A DNA stretch of 64,000 nucleotides, from NCBI GenBank assembly GCA_030390025.1, contig CM059432.1, positions 8,122,001-8,186,000 on the forward strand. Reading direction: 5' to 3'. The first letter of the stretch is position 1. Every line of letters begins with the position of its first letter. The notes under the pieces are model-generated. The model saw nothing but the letters and a program-made list of their open reading frames with translations, had not been told where the DNA came from and ran no database searches. Position numbers and translations under genes: made by a program. Shown piece after piece: positions 45,357 to 59,073 of this stretch. This stretch comes from Squalus acanthias. Its lineage: Eukaryota.

Positions 45357-47113
45357 CGGCCATGATTTTCCCGACCTCGGCTGGTCCATGGCGGGCGAGG
45401 TCAGTGGCGGGTCGCGGCCTCGCTGCTGGCTCCATTCCGGCCTCTGACATGACTTTCCCCTGATTGGGCATGTTAAGCCCCGCCCAGTGAGTTTCCCGGT
45501 CTAATTAGAGGAAGCGGGTCTGGCGACGTAATTTGATGACGCGTCATCAACCGGTTTCCTTAAAGGGACCATGCGCAAATTGATTTTGACATTCTTGCTG
45601 TCAGTGTTCTATAGCATTGAGGTGCTACAAACACTGACAGGCACTGCACAGAGGTGCACGGCTGCACCCAGGCTCTCCCATGACTCCCTCCATATGCTTA
45701 TGGAGGGAGTCACAGCACGCAGGGAGGTCCTCTTCCTTTCCAATGGGCAGAACAGACCTCCCCAGGAGATCAACACAGCCTGGTTGCACTTTGCACAGGA
45801 GGGCACAAGCAGGGATGTGGTCAGGAGGACCAGGGTGCAGTGCCGCAAACACTTCAATGATCTCAGTAGATCACAAAATGTTACTGCAAAGCTACACTGA
45901 ACCTCATCCTCCTGTGCTACTCATCACATCACCATCACTCTGTCTTCCCTACCCTACTCCTGCACATCTTTACTCACACCAACTTACCTTGCACCTCCAC
46001 CCATCCCTATCTACATTATCACTTCCCCATCTCACTAGTCACCCCTCACATTCACCCTCACCCCAGTCCAATCATACCAACTAACAACACAGAAAGGTAG
46101 GCACTTGTGTGTTTCAGCCAATGTTCATGTGAAGTTTCTGCTAATGTGCTATCAAACATTGAAATCTTTATTTTCAACACTTTGCGTTTTTGGACAGATT
46201 TGAGTTGCAGTGAATGGTGAGACATAACGGTACCCCTGCAATGCTGATGAGTGTGAAAGGAATGGTTTGGGCATTGTAGGGATGCTTTATGTTGTTGGTG
46301 TGGGGTGGTGACAACCTGGTGCATCATGTGGCAGCCAGGGTGTACATCATCAAGTGAATTAAATGTGGCCATGATGAGGCCATCCCTGGCGTCCCGGGCA
46401 GCAATGTGGTTGGGTGCTGATGCCCGCTGTCCTGTGCAGCATTAGTTGATTGCGGAGAAGGCTGGTGTGGTTGTTGGTGCTGCTGGTGTGCCTGGTGATG
46501 CTGGTGTAGCAGCTGATCGTGGTGGGATTCTGAGGACCAAGGTGAGAGAGTATAAAGGGCACCGATGCTGATGGAATTGATGGCAGGTGAACTTGAGATG
46601 ACAGAAGCGATCTGTCAATGGTGAGAGAGGTTGTTCCAGTGAGGTGACACTGGATAGAGAGTTTACTCCAAACACTTGCAACCTGCATAAAGCTCAATCT
46701 GTCTTCCAAATGCAGTAAGCAACAGCTTCTGAGCTTGGAAAGTGAACAGCTGTGAGATGGGAGCTTTTATAGCACATTTCAAGCTGTCAAGTAATGAGAT
46801 GATTCCATGGCCATTCAACTCCGGCCCAGCTTAACAGACATGATCCCCGAGCGTGGACCCCATTGGGGAGCTGGTAAATTCTAAAGGTGAGCTCAAAATT
46901 GTTGTTAATCCTCTGTTAACAAGGTCATAATGACCTGAATTACCTCCCCCGCCGCTGCGTGTCAGGTCTACTCAGTACTGACAGATCTGACATTTGGTAA
47001 AGGCGCGTGGCGGCGGGTTGACAGCGGGGTCCTGACCCGCTGTAAAAAGAAACACACTTTCCCGCCCAACCCGCCACCGATCGCACCCACTGACCCCCCA
47101 GAAAATTCCCCCC
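45357..47113. mobile_element. Internally deleted PIF/Harbinger transposon
   Basis: Termini GGCCATGATTTTCC / AGAAAATTCCCCCC; contains a Myb/SANT-like remnant on plus and a probable transposase remnant on minus. Confidence 0.75.
45655..45872 (+). pseudogene. Myb/SANT-like (trihelix) DNA-binding domain remnant of the Harbinger accessory protein
   Basis: APRLSHDSLHMLMEGVTARREVLF...AWLHFAQ...RTRVQCRKHFNDL fits the PRF..L..L...V...R..LF / AW..IA / RT..QCRK.(W/F).DL pattern. Confidence 0.78.
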
Positions 47114-47467
47114 CTCGTTTCTAGAGAAAAGAGCCCCAGCCTGCTCAGTCTTTCCTGATAGTTGTACACTCTCAGTTCTGCTATCATCCTTGTAAATCTT
47201 TTTTACACTTTCTTCAGTGTCTCTACATCCTGTTTGCAATAAGGAGATCAGAACGGTGCAGTGTTCTAAATGTGGTCAAACTAATGTTCCAACAAAACTT
47301 GCTGCTTTTGAATGCTGTTCCTCTAGAAATGAACTCCAGTGCTTTGATAGCACTTTTTATGGCTTTGTTAACCCTACTTTGAATGATTTGTGAATCTGTA
47401 CACCTAGATCCTTTGCTCATATCCGCCATTTAGACTGAATGCACCAGGAAAGAAGATGGGACCGGCT

Positions 47468-48300
47468 TATAGAATCATAGAATCATAGAATGGTTACAGC
47501 ACGGAAGAAGGCCATTCGGCCCGTCGAGCCCGTGCCGACTCTCAGCTAGTCCCACTCCCCTGCCCTTTCCCCGTAGTCCTGCAATTTTTTTCCTTCAGAT
47601 ATTTATCCAACTCCCTTTTGAAAGATAAGATTGAGTCTGCCTCCATAACCACTCGCTGTGTAAAAAAGTTTTTTCTTACTTCGCCTTTGGTTCTTTTGCC
47701 AATCACCTTAAATCTGTGTCCTCTGGTTCTCGACCCTTCTGCCAATGGGAACAGTTTCTCTCTATCTACTCTGTCTAGACCCCTCATGATTTTGAACACC
47801 TCTATCAAATCTCCTCTCAATCTTCTCTGCTCCAAGGAGAACAGCCCCAGCTTCTCCAGTCTATCAACATAACTGAAGTCCCTCATTCCTGGAATCATTC
47901 TCGTAAATCATTTCTGCACCCTCTCTAAGGCCTTCACATCCTTCCTAAAGTGTGGTGCCCAGAATTGGACACAATACTCCAGTTGGGGCCGATGTTTCTA
48001 TGTTTCTATGTTTCTACAGGTTCATCATAATTTCCACACTTTTGTACTCTATACTTCTATTTATGAAGCCCAGGATCTCATAAGCCTTTTTAACTGCTTT
48101 CTCAACCTGCCCTGCCACCTTCAATGATTTGTGCTCACATACCCCCAGGTCTCTCTGTTCGTGCACCCCTTTCAGGATTGTACCATTTAGTTTATAGGTC
48201 CTATCCTCATTCTTTCTACCAAAATGCATCACTTCACACTTTTCTGCGTTAAACTTCATCTGCCATGTGTCCGCCCTTTCCATCAGCCTGTCTATGTCTT
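47468..48300 (-). mobile_element. CR1 LINE 3' part
   Basis: ORFs 48014-48283 and 47542-47898; (CATAGAAT)n tail; same subfamily as 5515-9355. Confidence 0.9.
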
Positions 48301-48334
48301 CCGGATGTATGTTATCAAAAGAAATGAGTTACAA

Positions 48335-49092
48335 TGGGCCGTAACGGCCCATACGGGTGTGTACGAGGTGCGCACGCGCCCGTAGGGGCCGCGCAAACTC
48401 CAGGTTCAGGCATACGCGAAAACCCGGGACTTGCGATCTGTCAAGAATTCTCCTGACAGATGATCCGCATCCCCGGGAGAAGGGCCTCCACAGGCGGAGA
48501 GTTGCGCTATTTGCCCAACTTCTGCCCGGCCAATGCCCGTGAAATTCTTACGCCTGGTAAAAGCAGGGGTAGGGCTCACTTTCACCAGTGTAAGAGTTTA
48601 AAAAAACATAAAAATAAAATGTTATCAATCATTTATACATTAAAAAACCTGTGAAATAAGGTAAGTTTATTTTTAGCATCTTTAAAACATGTAAATTTAT
48701 TTTTCAAAAGATTAAAATTTTGTTTTAAATATTTAATTAAATGCCATTTTAATTCATTTTAAATATGTGATTTTTTTCAAAATTTATTTGATGTCTAGGT
48801 GTATTTTTTGGTGGTATTCCCATTCATGCTTTTGGGGTTTCCATACATACGGAATCCTCGTAAGTATGAATGGGGATTCTGCTGTCATTGGTTGGGCCGG
48901 CCCACATGATCCATGGGGCACTCGCGAACCGCCTGCGCCCCTGGGATACATGGGCCTCTTCCCGCGGGGTACCGGAGAGGCCCAGGAGCGCGAGTCTCCA
49001 TGGCCCCCAAGGCCCCCAAGTACGCGGACATTTTATTTTGCGGATCGGAGACATTTCCCCGCGGCAAGCCTCCGACCGCAAAATTCAGGGCC
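48335..49092. mobile_element. Harbinger-type MITE, family C
   Basis: Inverted homologue of 18614-19275; ends AAAATTCAGGGCC. Confidence 0.6.
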
Positions 49093-50056
49093 GATGTGTA
49101 AAGGGGAAAGTACTGAGTGACATATCTTGGGCATCTGGAGAAGTCAGTCAAGCGTGCAAGATGGAGTTTTGTGAGATAGCAGCGTACTGCTGAAGGTAAC
49201 CTTAATAAATCGAACTTTTCTTCCCTTTTATCACTGGATTATCGGGAAGCCGAACGAGTGCAAGATCAGACCAACTAGTTTGTAGATTCAGTTGTTGAAA
49301 CGAAACTGCGGATGGAATCTAAGCCGAGAGGCACAATTATTTCGAGTAACATCAGACGATAAACGTATATATCTATTCCTGATCCGTGTCAGACAGCAAA
49401 GCAGAATCTGCAAGACATCGTTTTGTTTTTCTTGTTCAAGAAAAGAGGAACACAAAATAATAATTATCTGAATGAAGAGGGCGGCATTAGTTATTACTGT
49501 AAATCATTGAAAAACTGAAAGCGTATTGGAAATAAATCATTCCATTGTGAGGCTTATTATAATTAACCTGAAAAATGAAGGTAATAATCTTCTAGTGGCA
49601 CTCGGTGATTACTTACAATAACTCTATTAATAAAATACTAGACTAATTAAATAAGCTTGGGCTGTGCAGTATCATAGTCTTCCATCCACTCAACTCTTAA
49701 GTACCTTTCACTGAAAAGTAATACTGTATAAAACTTAATGGTTACCATGGAAACAAATGGCCTTAATGTGTGAAACAATGATTGTGAGAAGCAATGGTTG
49801 TGTAATCGTGCCTTTAACACAACAGGGATCTCCACTCTCACGAGACTGAAGTCTCCACCGATCTCGAGGGTCAAGCATCTTGGGTGTATCTGAACCTGAG
49901 TTTGGATTTGAATCAAAATTTGGAGCTCAGATTTGGAATCCAGACTCTCCAAATTCGAGCTTGATGTTCAGGACTACTGATTAACAACTACGAAACTCTT
50001 CCATTCAAGATCTAGATCTGCCTATTTAACATCTACATCTGTGTGCACTTCATCAG

Positions 50057-50520
50057 AACATAAGAATTAGGAGCAGGAGTAAGCCATACTTGCTCCACGA
50101 TTCAGTCAGATCATGGCTGTTCTTCAACCTCAACTCCACTTTCCCGCCCGATCCCCATATCCCTCAATTCCCCTAGAGTCCAAAAATCTATCTCAGCCTT
50201 GAATATACTCAACGACTGAGCCTCCACAGCCCTCTGGGGCAGAGAATTCCAAAGATTCACAACCCTATGAGTGAAGAAATTCCTCCTCATCTCAGTCTTA
50301 AATGGCTGACTCCTTATCCTGAGACTATGCCCCCTAGTTCTAGACTCTCCAGCCAGGGGAAACAATCTCTCAGCATCTACCCTGTCAATCCCCTTCAGAA
50401 TTTTATATGTTTCAATGAGATCACCTCTCATTCATCTAAACTCCAGAGAGTATCGGCCCAACCTGCTCAATCTCTCCTCAGAGGACAACCCTCTCATCAA
50501 AAGAATCAATCTAGTGAATC
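50057..50520 (-). mobile_element. CR1 3' end
   Basis: ORF 50111-50431 (RGDLIETYK...WNSLP). Confidence 0.88.
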
Positions 50521-51569
50521 TTCCTGCCTGCAGAACTGGACTCCTTGTTTTCACGTTTTTGCCGCACTTTTGGGATGAACTTTTTCCTATGTCCACATTT
50601 ATAATGGGTTTTGACTTTGTTAACTTGCGATTGCACAATCTGGCCATCTGGTTCCAACAAATCACTCAAAACTCTTCCTGAAAAATTCTTTCATCTGCCA
50701 TTTTTTTCAGTAATTGACATTTCTATGTCCAAAATAAGAATTTAAACAAAATTATATATTTTACAATACCATGATTATAATTACCAATTGAATTTTCTTG
50801 AGTGTCATTTAATGTCCTCATTAAAAATGTTACTTGAAGACCTTAGGCTCTCTTGAAAATCTGGGCTTGACGTTGATGGGCTAGAAGTTGGTTTAGGCTC
50901 GTTTTCAGGCCTGAAGAAACAGGCGATGCGCTCGAAGCGCACACCAGGAGCCTTGGGCCTGAGGCTCGTCCAAAATTGGGCCTGGGGCCTTAACAGCATA
51001 ATGCCAGCGAGCGGCAGGCACCAATCGGTGTCCAGAGGCAGCTCATCAGTTGGCTCCCCTCAAACCTGGGCCAGTGCAACACCGGCATCAGCCCTCAGAT
51101 ATGTCCTGAGTGTGGGTGGGGGTGGGGAGGGGAGAGGAGAACATGAGGTGGGTGAATGCATGCCGACAGTGGCCCTCAGGAGTGCTGTGGAGTTAAGAGG
51201 AGCACTCCTGCTCTTCCTACTCCATATTGTGTTAAAAAGAAGAAATATCGGCCTATAAATTTGGCCACTCAGTGACCGTTTTTTGGGTGCAAACTGGCCT
51301 ACCAAGCCCCCAATATGGCGGGCAGGAAAGGTACAAGCATTTCCTTCTGGAAATGTGCCGCCTGCCATATTGGGAAAGGGTAAAGAAAAGCCATCCTTTA
51401 CCCACGCCTGAAGCAGGCGTTAGACCCTTTGCATGTGCAAATAAGGGGCTGAGCACCTTTTGGTAGCCCCCACTTCAAGATTGACTTGGCCAGTGTAGGC
51501 TGCACTCAGGGAAACCAGACCGTGGGATGGCCTGCGACCGACAAGGTAGGTTTTTTACCTTTACTTAAG

Positions 51570-51995
51570 ACCCTCAGAATGTCCCAAAGCGCTTTACAGC
51601 CAATGAAGTACTTTTTGAAGTGCAGTCACTGTTGTAATGTAGGAAACGCGGCAGCCAATTTATGCACAGCAAGCTCCCACAAACAGCAATGTGATAATGA
51701 CCAGATAATCTGTTTAAGTGATGTTGGTTGAGGAAATAAATGTTGGCCAGGACACCGGGGAGAACTCCCCTGCTCTTTTTCAAATAGTCCCATGGGACCA
51801 TTTACGTCCACCTGAGGGGGCAGACGGGGCCTCGGTTTAACGTCTCATCCGAAAGACGGCACCTCCGACAGTGCAGCACTCCCTCAGCACTGAAGTGTCA
51901 GCCTGGATTTATTGTGCTCGAGTCCCTGGAGTATGAACCCACAACCTTCTGACAGCAGAGGCGAGAGTGCCACCCGCTGAGCCACAGCTGACACC
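51570..51995 (-). mobile_element. tRNA-derived DeuSINE
   Basis: Reverse complement of the SINE body; head ends CTGAGCCACAGCTGACAC. Confidence 0.85.
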
Positions 51996-52779
51996 TAAAC
52001 AAGGAGACAATTGACTAAACTGTTCAAATATTTGTAGCATTAACACTTGAAGCCTGAAGTGATTCTAAAATCGAGGCCTTTCAGTGTAATTTACAAAACG
52101 GAATGAGAAATTACTCCTTCTTGGGAATTGCTGATGAACATGCCCGGTTTCAGTTTGTGGAGCGTGCATTCTTTTATAAATATTTTAACAGATAATACAG
52201 TGAACAGCAGGGTAGTGCCCACATATGCCGAGGTTCTGTTTAAAGCTTGCATTAATGAGTGACCCCTTATGGCTAGACTCGTGGAAGAGAAGATTTCAAT
52301 CTGCCCTTTGCTCGCAATAGCTTGGTGTGAGCAGACACGCAGGGCTTCATATTCTCGTGGACCTTTTTTTAATATTTATTCATTGGCTTTTGTTGTAAAG
52401 GTCACTTCCGCACCTCGCCAAGAAAAATGCCAAGTCAAATAAATAAGTGATATGTTTCATTGGAATGATAAAAGGGGAAGAATAATTCAAGGGTAATTTG
52501 CAGGCTGCTCACCGCGTGATCTGAAAATAATGCTTTAGGAACAGGAGGGGTTTTTTTTTAACTAATAACCGTGGGATTCCAGTCTATCACGCTTGCCTGC
52601 AATGCCACTCTGCTATTTCAGTTACGACTTGAACCTATTTATTTTAAATGGATTCACGCCTCCTCTAATAGGGCAGAGAGAGAAATTCTATTCCACGGCG
52701 TAATTTCAAGGTTCTGCTGTCCACTTTAACCTTTTGAAAACTGCAATTATAAAAAAGAATTACACAGCTTATCACATCG

Positions 52780-53610
52780 AATTGCAGAGAATATCCAGCA
52801 CAGAAACAGGCCGTTCGGCCCAACCAGTCTGTGCTGGTCTTTATACTCCGCACCAGTCTCCTCCCATTCCAGCTCCCTCGTCTCAGCCTTTCAGCATATC
52901 TCTCTATTCCCTTTGCTCTCATGTACTCGTCCAGTTTACTTTTGAAAGCGTCTAAGCTATTTGCCTCAACCACTCCCTGTGGCAGTGAGTTCCACATTCT
53001 AACCACTCTCTGGATAAAGAATTTTCTCCTCATTTCCCGATTGTTATTTATTAGTAACTATCTTGTATTTATGGGCCCTATTTTTTGGATTCTCCCACAA
53101 GTGGAAACATTCTCTCCACGTCTACCCTGTCCAAACCTTTCATAATTTTAAAGATCTCCATCAAGTCACCTCTCGGTCTTCTCTTTGCTAAAGAAAAAAG
53201 CCCCAGCCTGTTCAATCTTTCCCGATAGCTGTAAAATCTCTCAGTAATCTCTCTGAGCACGCTAATAAAGGTGCACAGGTTCTGTGAGACCGTGGGGGTC
53301 ATTTTCATTTTGGGTGAAAGTGTGAAACCGGCGAAGATATTCTGCTGCCCTTTTCTCGATTTTCATTTCTTTTTCCTTTTCGAATATACCTCCAATTCCT
53401 TTCTGAAAGTTACTATTGAATCTGCTTCCACCAGCCTTTCAGGCAGCGTGTTCCAGAGCATAATGGCTCGCTGCATAAAAAAAAAACATTCTCCTCATCT
53501 CCCCCTCTGGTTCTTTTGCCAAATGCCTTAAATCTGTGTCCTCTGGTTACCGACCCACCCGCCAGTGGAAATAGCTTCTCCTGATTTACTCCATCAAAGC
53601 CCCTCATAAT
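52780..53610 (-). mobile_element. Two CR1 3' fragments
   Basis: ORFs 52665-53033, 53078-53308 and 53413-53607 with CR1 C-terminal motifs. Confidence 0.8.
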
Positions 53611-54267
53611 TACCCTTCAGCGAAGCGACACTTTTCTTGTTCCAAGGCCGGCCAGGATGAATTTGGGGCCAGAGGGCTTTTGGCTGTTGTTTTTCGGGCA
53701 GCAGCTGGAAGAGGCCACAGATGGTGGTTGTTACCATGGCTGGAGTGAGGCCCTCATGTTCTGCGTGCTGGCCCACACTTGGGGAACATTGGGGACAATG
53801 CCCAACGAGCTGAACCAGCAATGCTCGGGCATGTTCAGGTCATGGCAGGCAGAGTGCACTTCAGAGCCGGGAGAAGATCAGCGCCAGCGTGTGCGCTCCC
53901 TGCCATCTAAAACTGACATCTTCGCAGTACCTTCTTCGAGGTGGCCTGCAAAAAAAATGCCCCACCTACTGCTTTTAACTATGGGGTGCCCACTCACATC
54001 CAGTGGTTGTAAGTACCAGCCCTCCCCCCCCCCGCCCCCGGCTCAGCATCAACCCAGTTTGCAGAGCTGGTGTTGCAGTCTCCAGGGCTGACTGGAGTAG
54101 GAGCCCAAAACCAACCTCATTCAGAGGCGGGAACACTTACAGTGGTTACTGTGTCCAGACACAAGAGCCCCTCTGGATGTCAACCCAGTATTTAGAGACC
54201 ATATTCTAGCCCCCGCTCGCCAGACCTGTCTGGGGTGGGGATTGAACCTTTACACCTTCTGACTCAG

Positions 54268-54640
54268 AACTGAGATGAGGAGAAACTTCTTCACTCAGAG
54301 GGTAGTAGGTCTGTGGAATTTGCTGCCCCAGGAAGCTGTGGAAGCTACATCATTAAATAAATTTAAAACAGAAATAGACAGTTTCCTAGAAGTAAAGGGA
54401 ATTAGGGGTTACGGGGAGCGGGCTGGAAATTGGACATGAGGCGGAGTTCGGATCGGTCAGGGCCCTGTGGGTGGCGGAGCGGGCCCAGGGGCTGAGTGGC
54501 CGGGTCCTGCTCCTACTTCTTGTGTTCTTTAGATGTGAGGTTAGGATCAGATCAGCCATGATCTTTTGAATGGCGGAGCAGGCTCGAGGGGCTGATTGGC
54601 CTACTCCTGCTCCTATTTCTTATGTTTTTATGTTCTTATG
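54268..54640 (+). mobile_element. CR1 3' end with duplicated 3' UTR module (same subfamily as 23960-26814), inside a SINE head fragment
   Basis: High similarity to 26402-26814. Confidence 0.85.
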
Positions 54641-55111
54641 AATGCTACCACTGAGCCAAAGGAACATAATAAAGAGGTTTTAATTTTGTGATAAGACATC
54701 CATGTCTTTTTTACCTCTAGACTTGACCATTCCAACTCCTGCCCGGCCTCCCACCTTCCACCCACTTGAGAGCTCATCCAAAGCTCTGCTGCCCGTATCC
54801 TAACTCACACCAAGTCCCGGTCACCCCTCGCCCCCTGTGCTCGCTGACCTACACTGGCTCCCGGTCCAGCAATACTTCGATTTTTAAAATTCTCATCTTT
54901 GTTTTCAAATCCCTTCATGGCCTCGCCCCCTCCCTATCTCTGTACCCTCCTCCAGCCCTACAACCCCCCGAGATCTCTGCGCTCCTCTAATTCTGGCTTC
55001 ATGCATAGCCCCGATTTTAATCGCTCCACCATTGGTGGAAGTGGCTTCAGCTGTCTGGACCCTAAACTCTGGAATTCCCTCCCTAAACATCTCTGTCTCT
55101 CTCCTCCTTTA

Positions 55112-58100
55112 AAAAAGAAAGACTTGCCTTTCTATTTCTGTGGAAATAGAGGTTAATAATTATGATCTAATTGGGATTACGGAAACATGGTTGCTGGGTG
55201 AGCAGGGCTGGGAGCTTAACATACAGGGGTATTCAGTATTTAGGAAGGATCGACAAAAAAGAAAGGGAGGAGGGGTAGCATTGCTGGTAAAAGAAGGGAT
55301 AAATGCAATTGAAAGGAAGGATATTAACTCAGTTAATACAGAATCTGTATGGGTGGAGCTAAGAAATAGCGAGGGGCGAAAAACATTAATAGGAGTGGTA
55401 TATAGGCCTCCAAATAGTAAAATAGAGGTTGGGGAGGGCATCACGAGGGAAATTAGAGAAGCGTGCAATAAGAGCACAGCTGTCATCATAGGTGACTTTA
55501 ACTTACATATAGATTGGAATAGCCTAATCAGTAAAAATAATGAGGAGGAGGAATTCCTTGAGTGTTTAAGGGATGGTTATCTGGATCAATATGTCGAGGA
55601 ACCAACTCGGGAACAAGCTATATTGGACTGGGTACTGTGCAATGAGAAGGGACTAATTAGTAATCTTGTTGTACGGGGACCCTTGGGTCAGAGCGATCAT
55701 AACATGATCGATTTCTCACTCGAAATGGAGAGCGAAGAAATTGACTCAGAGACTAAGGTCCTGAATTTAAACAAGGGGAATTATGATGCAATTAGACGGG
55801 AACTGAGTAGGTCTGATTGGACAACGTTCCTGGGAGGACTGGATGTAGATAAACAATGGCAAGCATTTAAAGATAGAATGACAAAATTGCAAAAATTGTT
55901 TATACCAATCTGGCATAAAAGGAAATCTAAAAAGGTGACTCAACCGTGGATAACAGGGGAAATTAGAGACAGCATAAAATCCAAAGATAGGGCGTATAAA
56001 ATAGCCAAAAAAAGCGCCAGAGCGGAAGATTGGGAACAGTTTAAGATAGAGCAAAGGAGGACAAAGGGCTTAATCAAGAGGGGCAAAATAGCTTACGAAA
56101 GCAAGCTGGCGGAAAATATAAAAACTAACTCCAAAAGCTTTTATAAGTATATCAAGAGGAAAAGACTGGTGAAAACCAAAGTTGGTCCATTGCAGTCAGA
56201 TACGGGGGAATATATAACGGGAAATAAGGAAATGGCAGACCAACTAAATGCATACTTTGGGTCAGTCTTTACGAAGGAAGACACAAAAAACCTCCCTGGG
56301 ATATCGGGAAAAATAGGGACATTGGCAAAGGAGGAACTGACGCAAATCAATATCTCTAAGGATATGGTGTTAAGGAAGCTAAAGGGATTGAAGGCAGACA
56401 AATCCCCAGGGCCTGATAACATGCATCCTAGGGTACTGAAGGAGGTGGCCCTAGAGATAGCGGATGCACTAAGTATGATTTTTCAGAATTCATTAGACTC
56501 GGGAACAGTGCCCATGGATTGGAGGGTAGCTAACGTTACCCCACTATTCAAAAAGGGGGGTAGGGAAAAAGCAGGTAATTACAGACCTGTAAGCCTTACA
56601 TCAGTTGTGGGCAAAATGCTGGAGTCCATCATTAAGGATGAAATAGCGGAGCACTTAGCAAATGGGGACAGGATAGGACAGAGTCAACATGGATTTACAA
56701 AGGGTAAATCGTGCTTGACTAATCTATTGGAATTTTTTGAGGGAGTAACTGGTAAAATAGATGGGGGAGAGCCAGTAGATGTGGTGTACCTGGACTTCCA
56801 AAAGGCCTTCGACAAGGTCCCACATAAAAGATTAGCATGGAAAATTGAAGCTCATGGATAAAGGGGAAAGTATTGACGTGGATAGAGAACTGGCTGTCAG
56901 ATAGAAAACAGAGAGTTGGAATAAACGGCTCATTTTCTGAATGGCAGGCAGTAACAAGTGGGGTACCACAGGGATCTGTCCTGGGTCCCCAGCTGTTCAC
57001 AATTTACATTAATGACCTGGATCAGGGAGTCGGATGCAGCATTTCCAAATTTGCAGACGACACTAAACTAGGAGGGGGGGTGGGCTCAGAGGAGGAGACC
57101 AGGAAGCTCCAGAGCGATTTGGACAGACTGGGTGATTGGGCGGATAAATGGCAGATGCACTATAATGTGGACAAGTGCGAAGTTATCCACCTTGGGTGCA
57201 GGAACGGGAGGGCAAATTATTATTTAAATGGCAATAAATTGGGAGAGGGGGTAGTACAGAGAGACCTGCGTGTTCTTGTACACCAGTCACTGAAGGCGAG
57301 CATGCAGGTGCAACAGGCGGTCAAGAAGGCAAACGGTATGCTGGCCTTCATAGCAAAAGGGTTGGAATACAGGAACAGGGATACCTTGCTGCAGCTGTAC
57401 AGGGCACTGGTGAGACCACACCTCGAGTACTGTGTACAGTTTTGGTCGCCTCATCTGAGGAAAGATGTTCTTGCCATGGAGGGGGTGCAGCGGCGATTCA
57501 CCAGGCTGATACCAGGAATGGCGGGATTGACCTATGAGGAGAGACTATGTAGTTTAGGGATGTACACACTGGAGTTTAGAAGATTGCGAGGGGACCTCAT
57601 AGAAGTGTATAAAATTCTGACAGGTCTAGACAGACTAGATGCAGAAGGAATGTTTCCCTTGGCGGGTGAGAACAGAACTAGAGGACATAATTTAAGGATA
57701 AGGGCTAAACCATTTAGGACAGAAATGAGGGGGAATTTCTTCACTCAGAGGGTGGTGAACCTGTGGAACTCATTGCCACAGAGGGCAGTGTACGCCAGCT
57801 CATTAAATATATTTAAGAGGGAATTAGATATATTTCTACAGGCAAAAGGGGTTAAGGGTTACGGAGAGAAGGCGGGGACGGGATACTGAATTGGAGGATC
57901 AGCCATGATCTCATTAAATGGCGGAGCAGGCTCGAAGGGCCGGATGGCCTACTCCTGCTCCTATCTTCTATGTATCTATGTATCTATGTATCTATGTATC
58001 TATAGCGCCTTTCACGACCTCAGGACATCTCAAAGCGCTTTACAGCCAATTAAGTACTTTTTGAAGTTTAGTCACTGCTGTAATGTAGGAAAAGCAGTAG

Positions 58101-58438
58101 CCAATTTGTGCACAGCAAGCTCCCACAAACAGCAATGCGATAATGGCCAGATAATCTGTTTTTGTGATCTTGATTGAGAGATAAATATTGGCCCGGGACA
58201 CCGGGGATAACTCCCCCGCTCTTCTTCAAAATAGTGCCATTGGATCTTTTATATACAACTGAGATGGCAGATGGGGCCTCGGTTTAACATCTCATCCAAA
58301 AGACGGCACCTCCGACAGTGCAGCACTCCCTCAGTACTGCACTGGAGTGTCAGCCTAGATTTTTGTGCTCAATGACTTTGGAGTGGGACTTGAACCCACA
58401 ACCTTTCGCTACGTCAGAGGCGAGGGTGCTACCCACTG
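55112..58438 (-). mobile_element. DeuSINE split by a CR1
   Basis: Tail AAAGAAAGACTTGC at 55113; the body resumes TATAGCGCCTTTCACG at 58001. Confidence 0.82.
55139..57998 (+). mobile_element. 5'-truncated CR1, near-identical to 20190-23041; ORF2 frameshifted near 56857
   Basis: ORFs 55140-56861 and 56873-57889 are almost the same protein as 21645-23156 and 20288-21703; (TCTATGTA)n tail. Confidence 0.95.
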
Positions 58439-58512
58439 ACCTATCTCTTTGACCAAGCTTTTGGTCACCTGTCCTAATATCTCCTTATGTGGCTCGTGTC
58501 AAATTTTGTTTT

Positions 58513-59073
58513 AGAAACATAGAAAAATAGGAGCAGGAGTAGGCCATTCAGCCCTTCGAGCCTGCTCCGCCATTCAATATGATCATGGCTGATCCTCTAT
58601 CTCAATACCATATTCCCGCTCTCTCCCCATACTCCTTGATGCCTTTTGTGTCTAGAAATCTATCTATCTCCTTCTTAAATATATTCAGTGACTTGGCCTC
58701 CACAGCCTTCTGTGGTAGAGAATTCCACAGGTTCACCACCCTCTGAGTGAAGAAATTTCTCTCATCTCAGTCCTAAATGTCCTACCCCGTATCCTGACTG
58801 TGACCCCGCTTTCCAGACCCCCCCAGCCAGGGGAAACATCCTCCCTGCATCCAGTCTGTCTAGCCCTGTCAGAATTTTATACGTTTCAATGATATCCCCT
58901 CTCATTCTTCTAAACTCTAGTGAATACAGGCCTAGTCGACCCAATCTCTCCTCATACGACAGTTCTGCCATCCCAGGAATCGCTCTGATGAACCTTCGCT
59001 GCACTCCCTCTATGGCAAGTATATCCTTTCTTAGGTAAGGAGACCAAAACTGCACACAGTACTCCAGGTGTGG
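58513..59073 (-). mobile_element. CR1 3' end
   Basis: ORF 58762-59127 (PHLEYCVQFWSP); close to the copy at 38500-39045. Confidence 0.9.

Larger units (their letters stand above)
44965..47430 (-). mobile_element. CR1 3' part split by a Harbinger element
   Basis: CR1 sequence CACCTCTCAGTCTT (45341) resumes at TTTCTAGAGAAAAGAGCCCC (47118). Confidence 0.75.
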
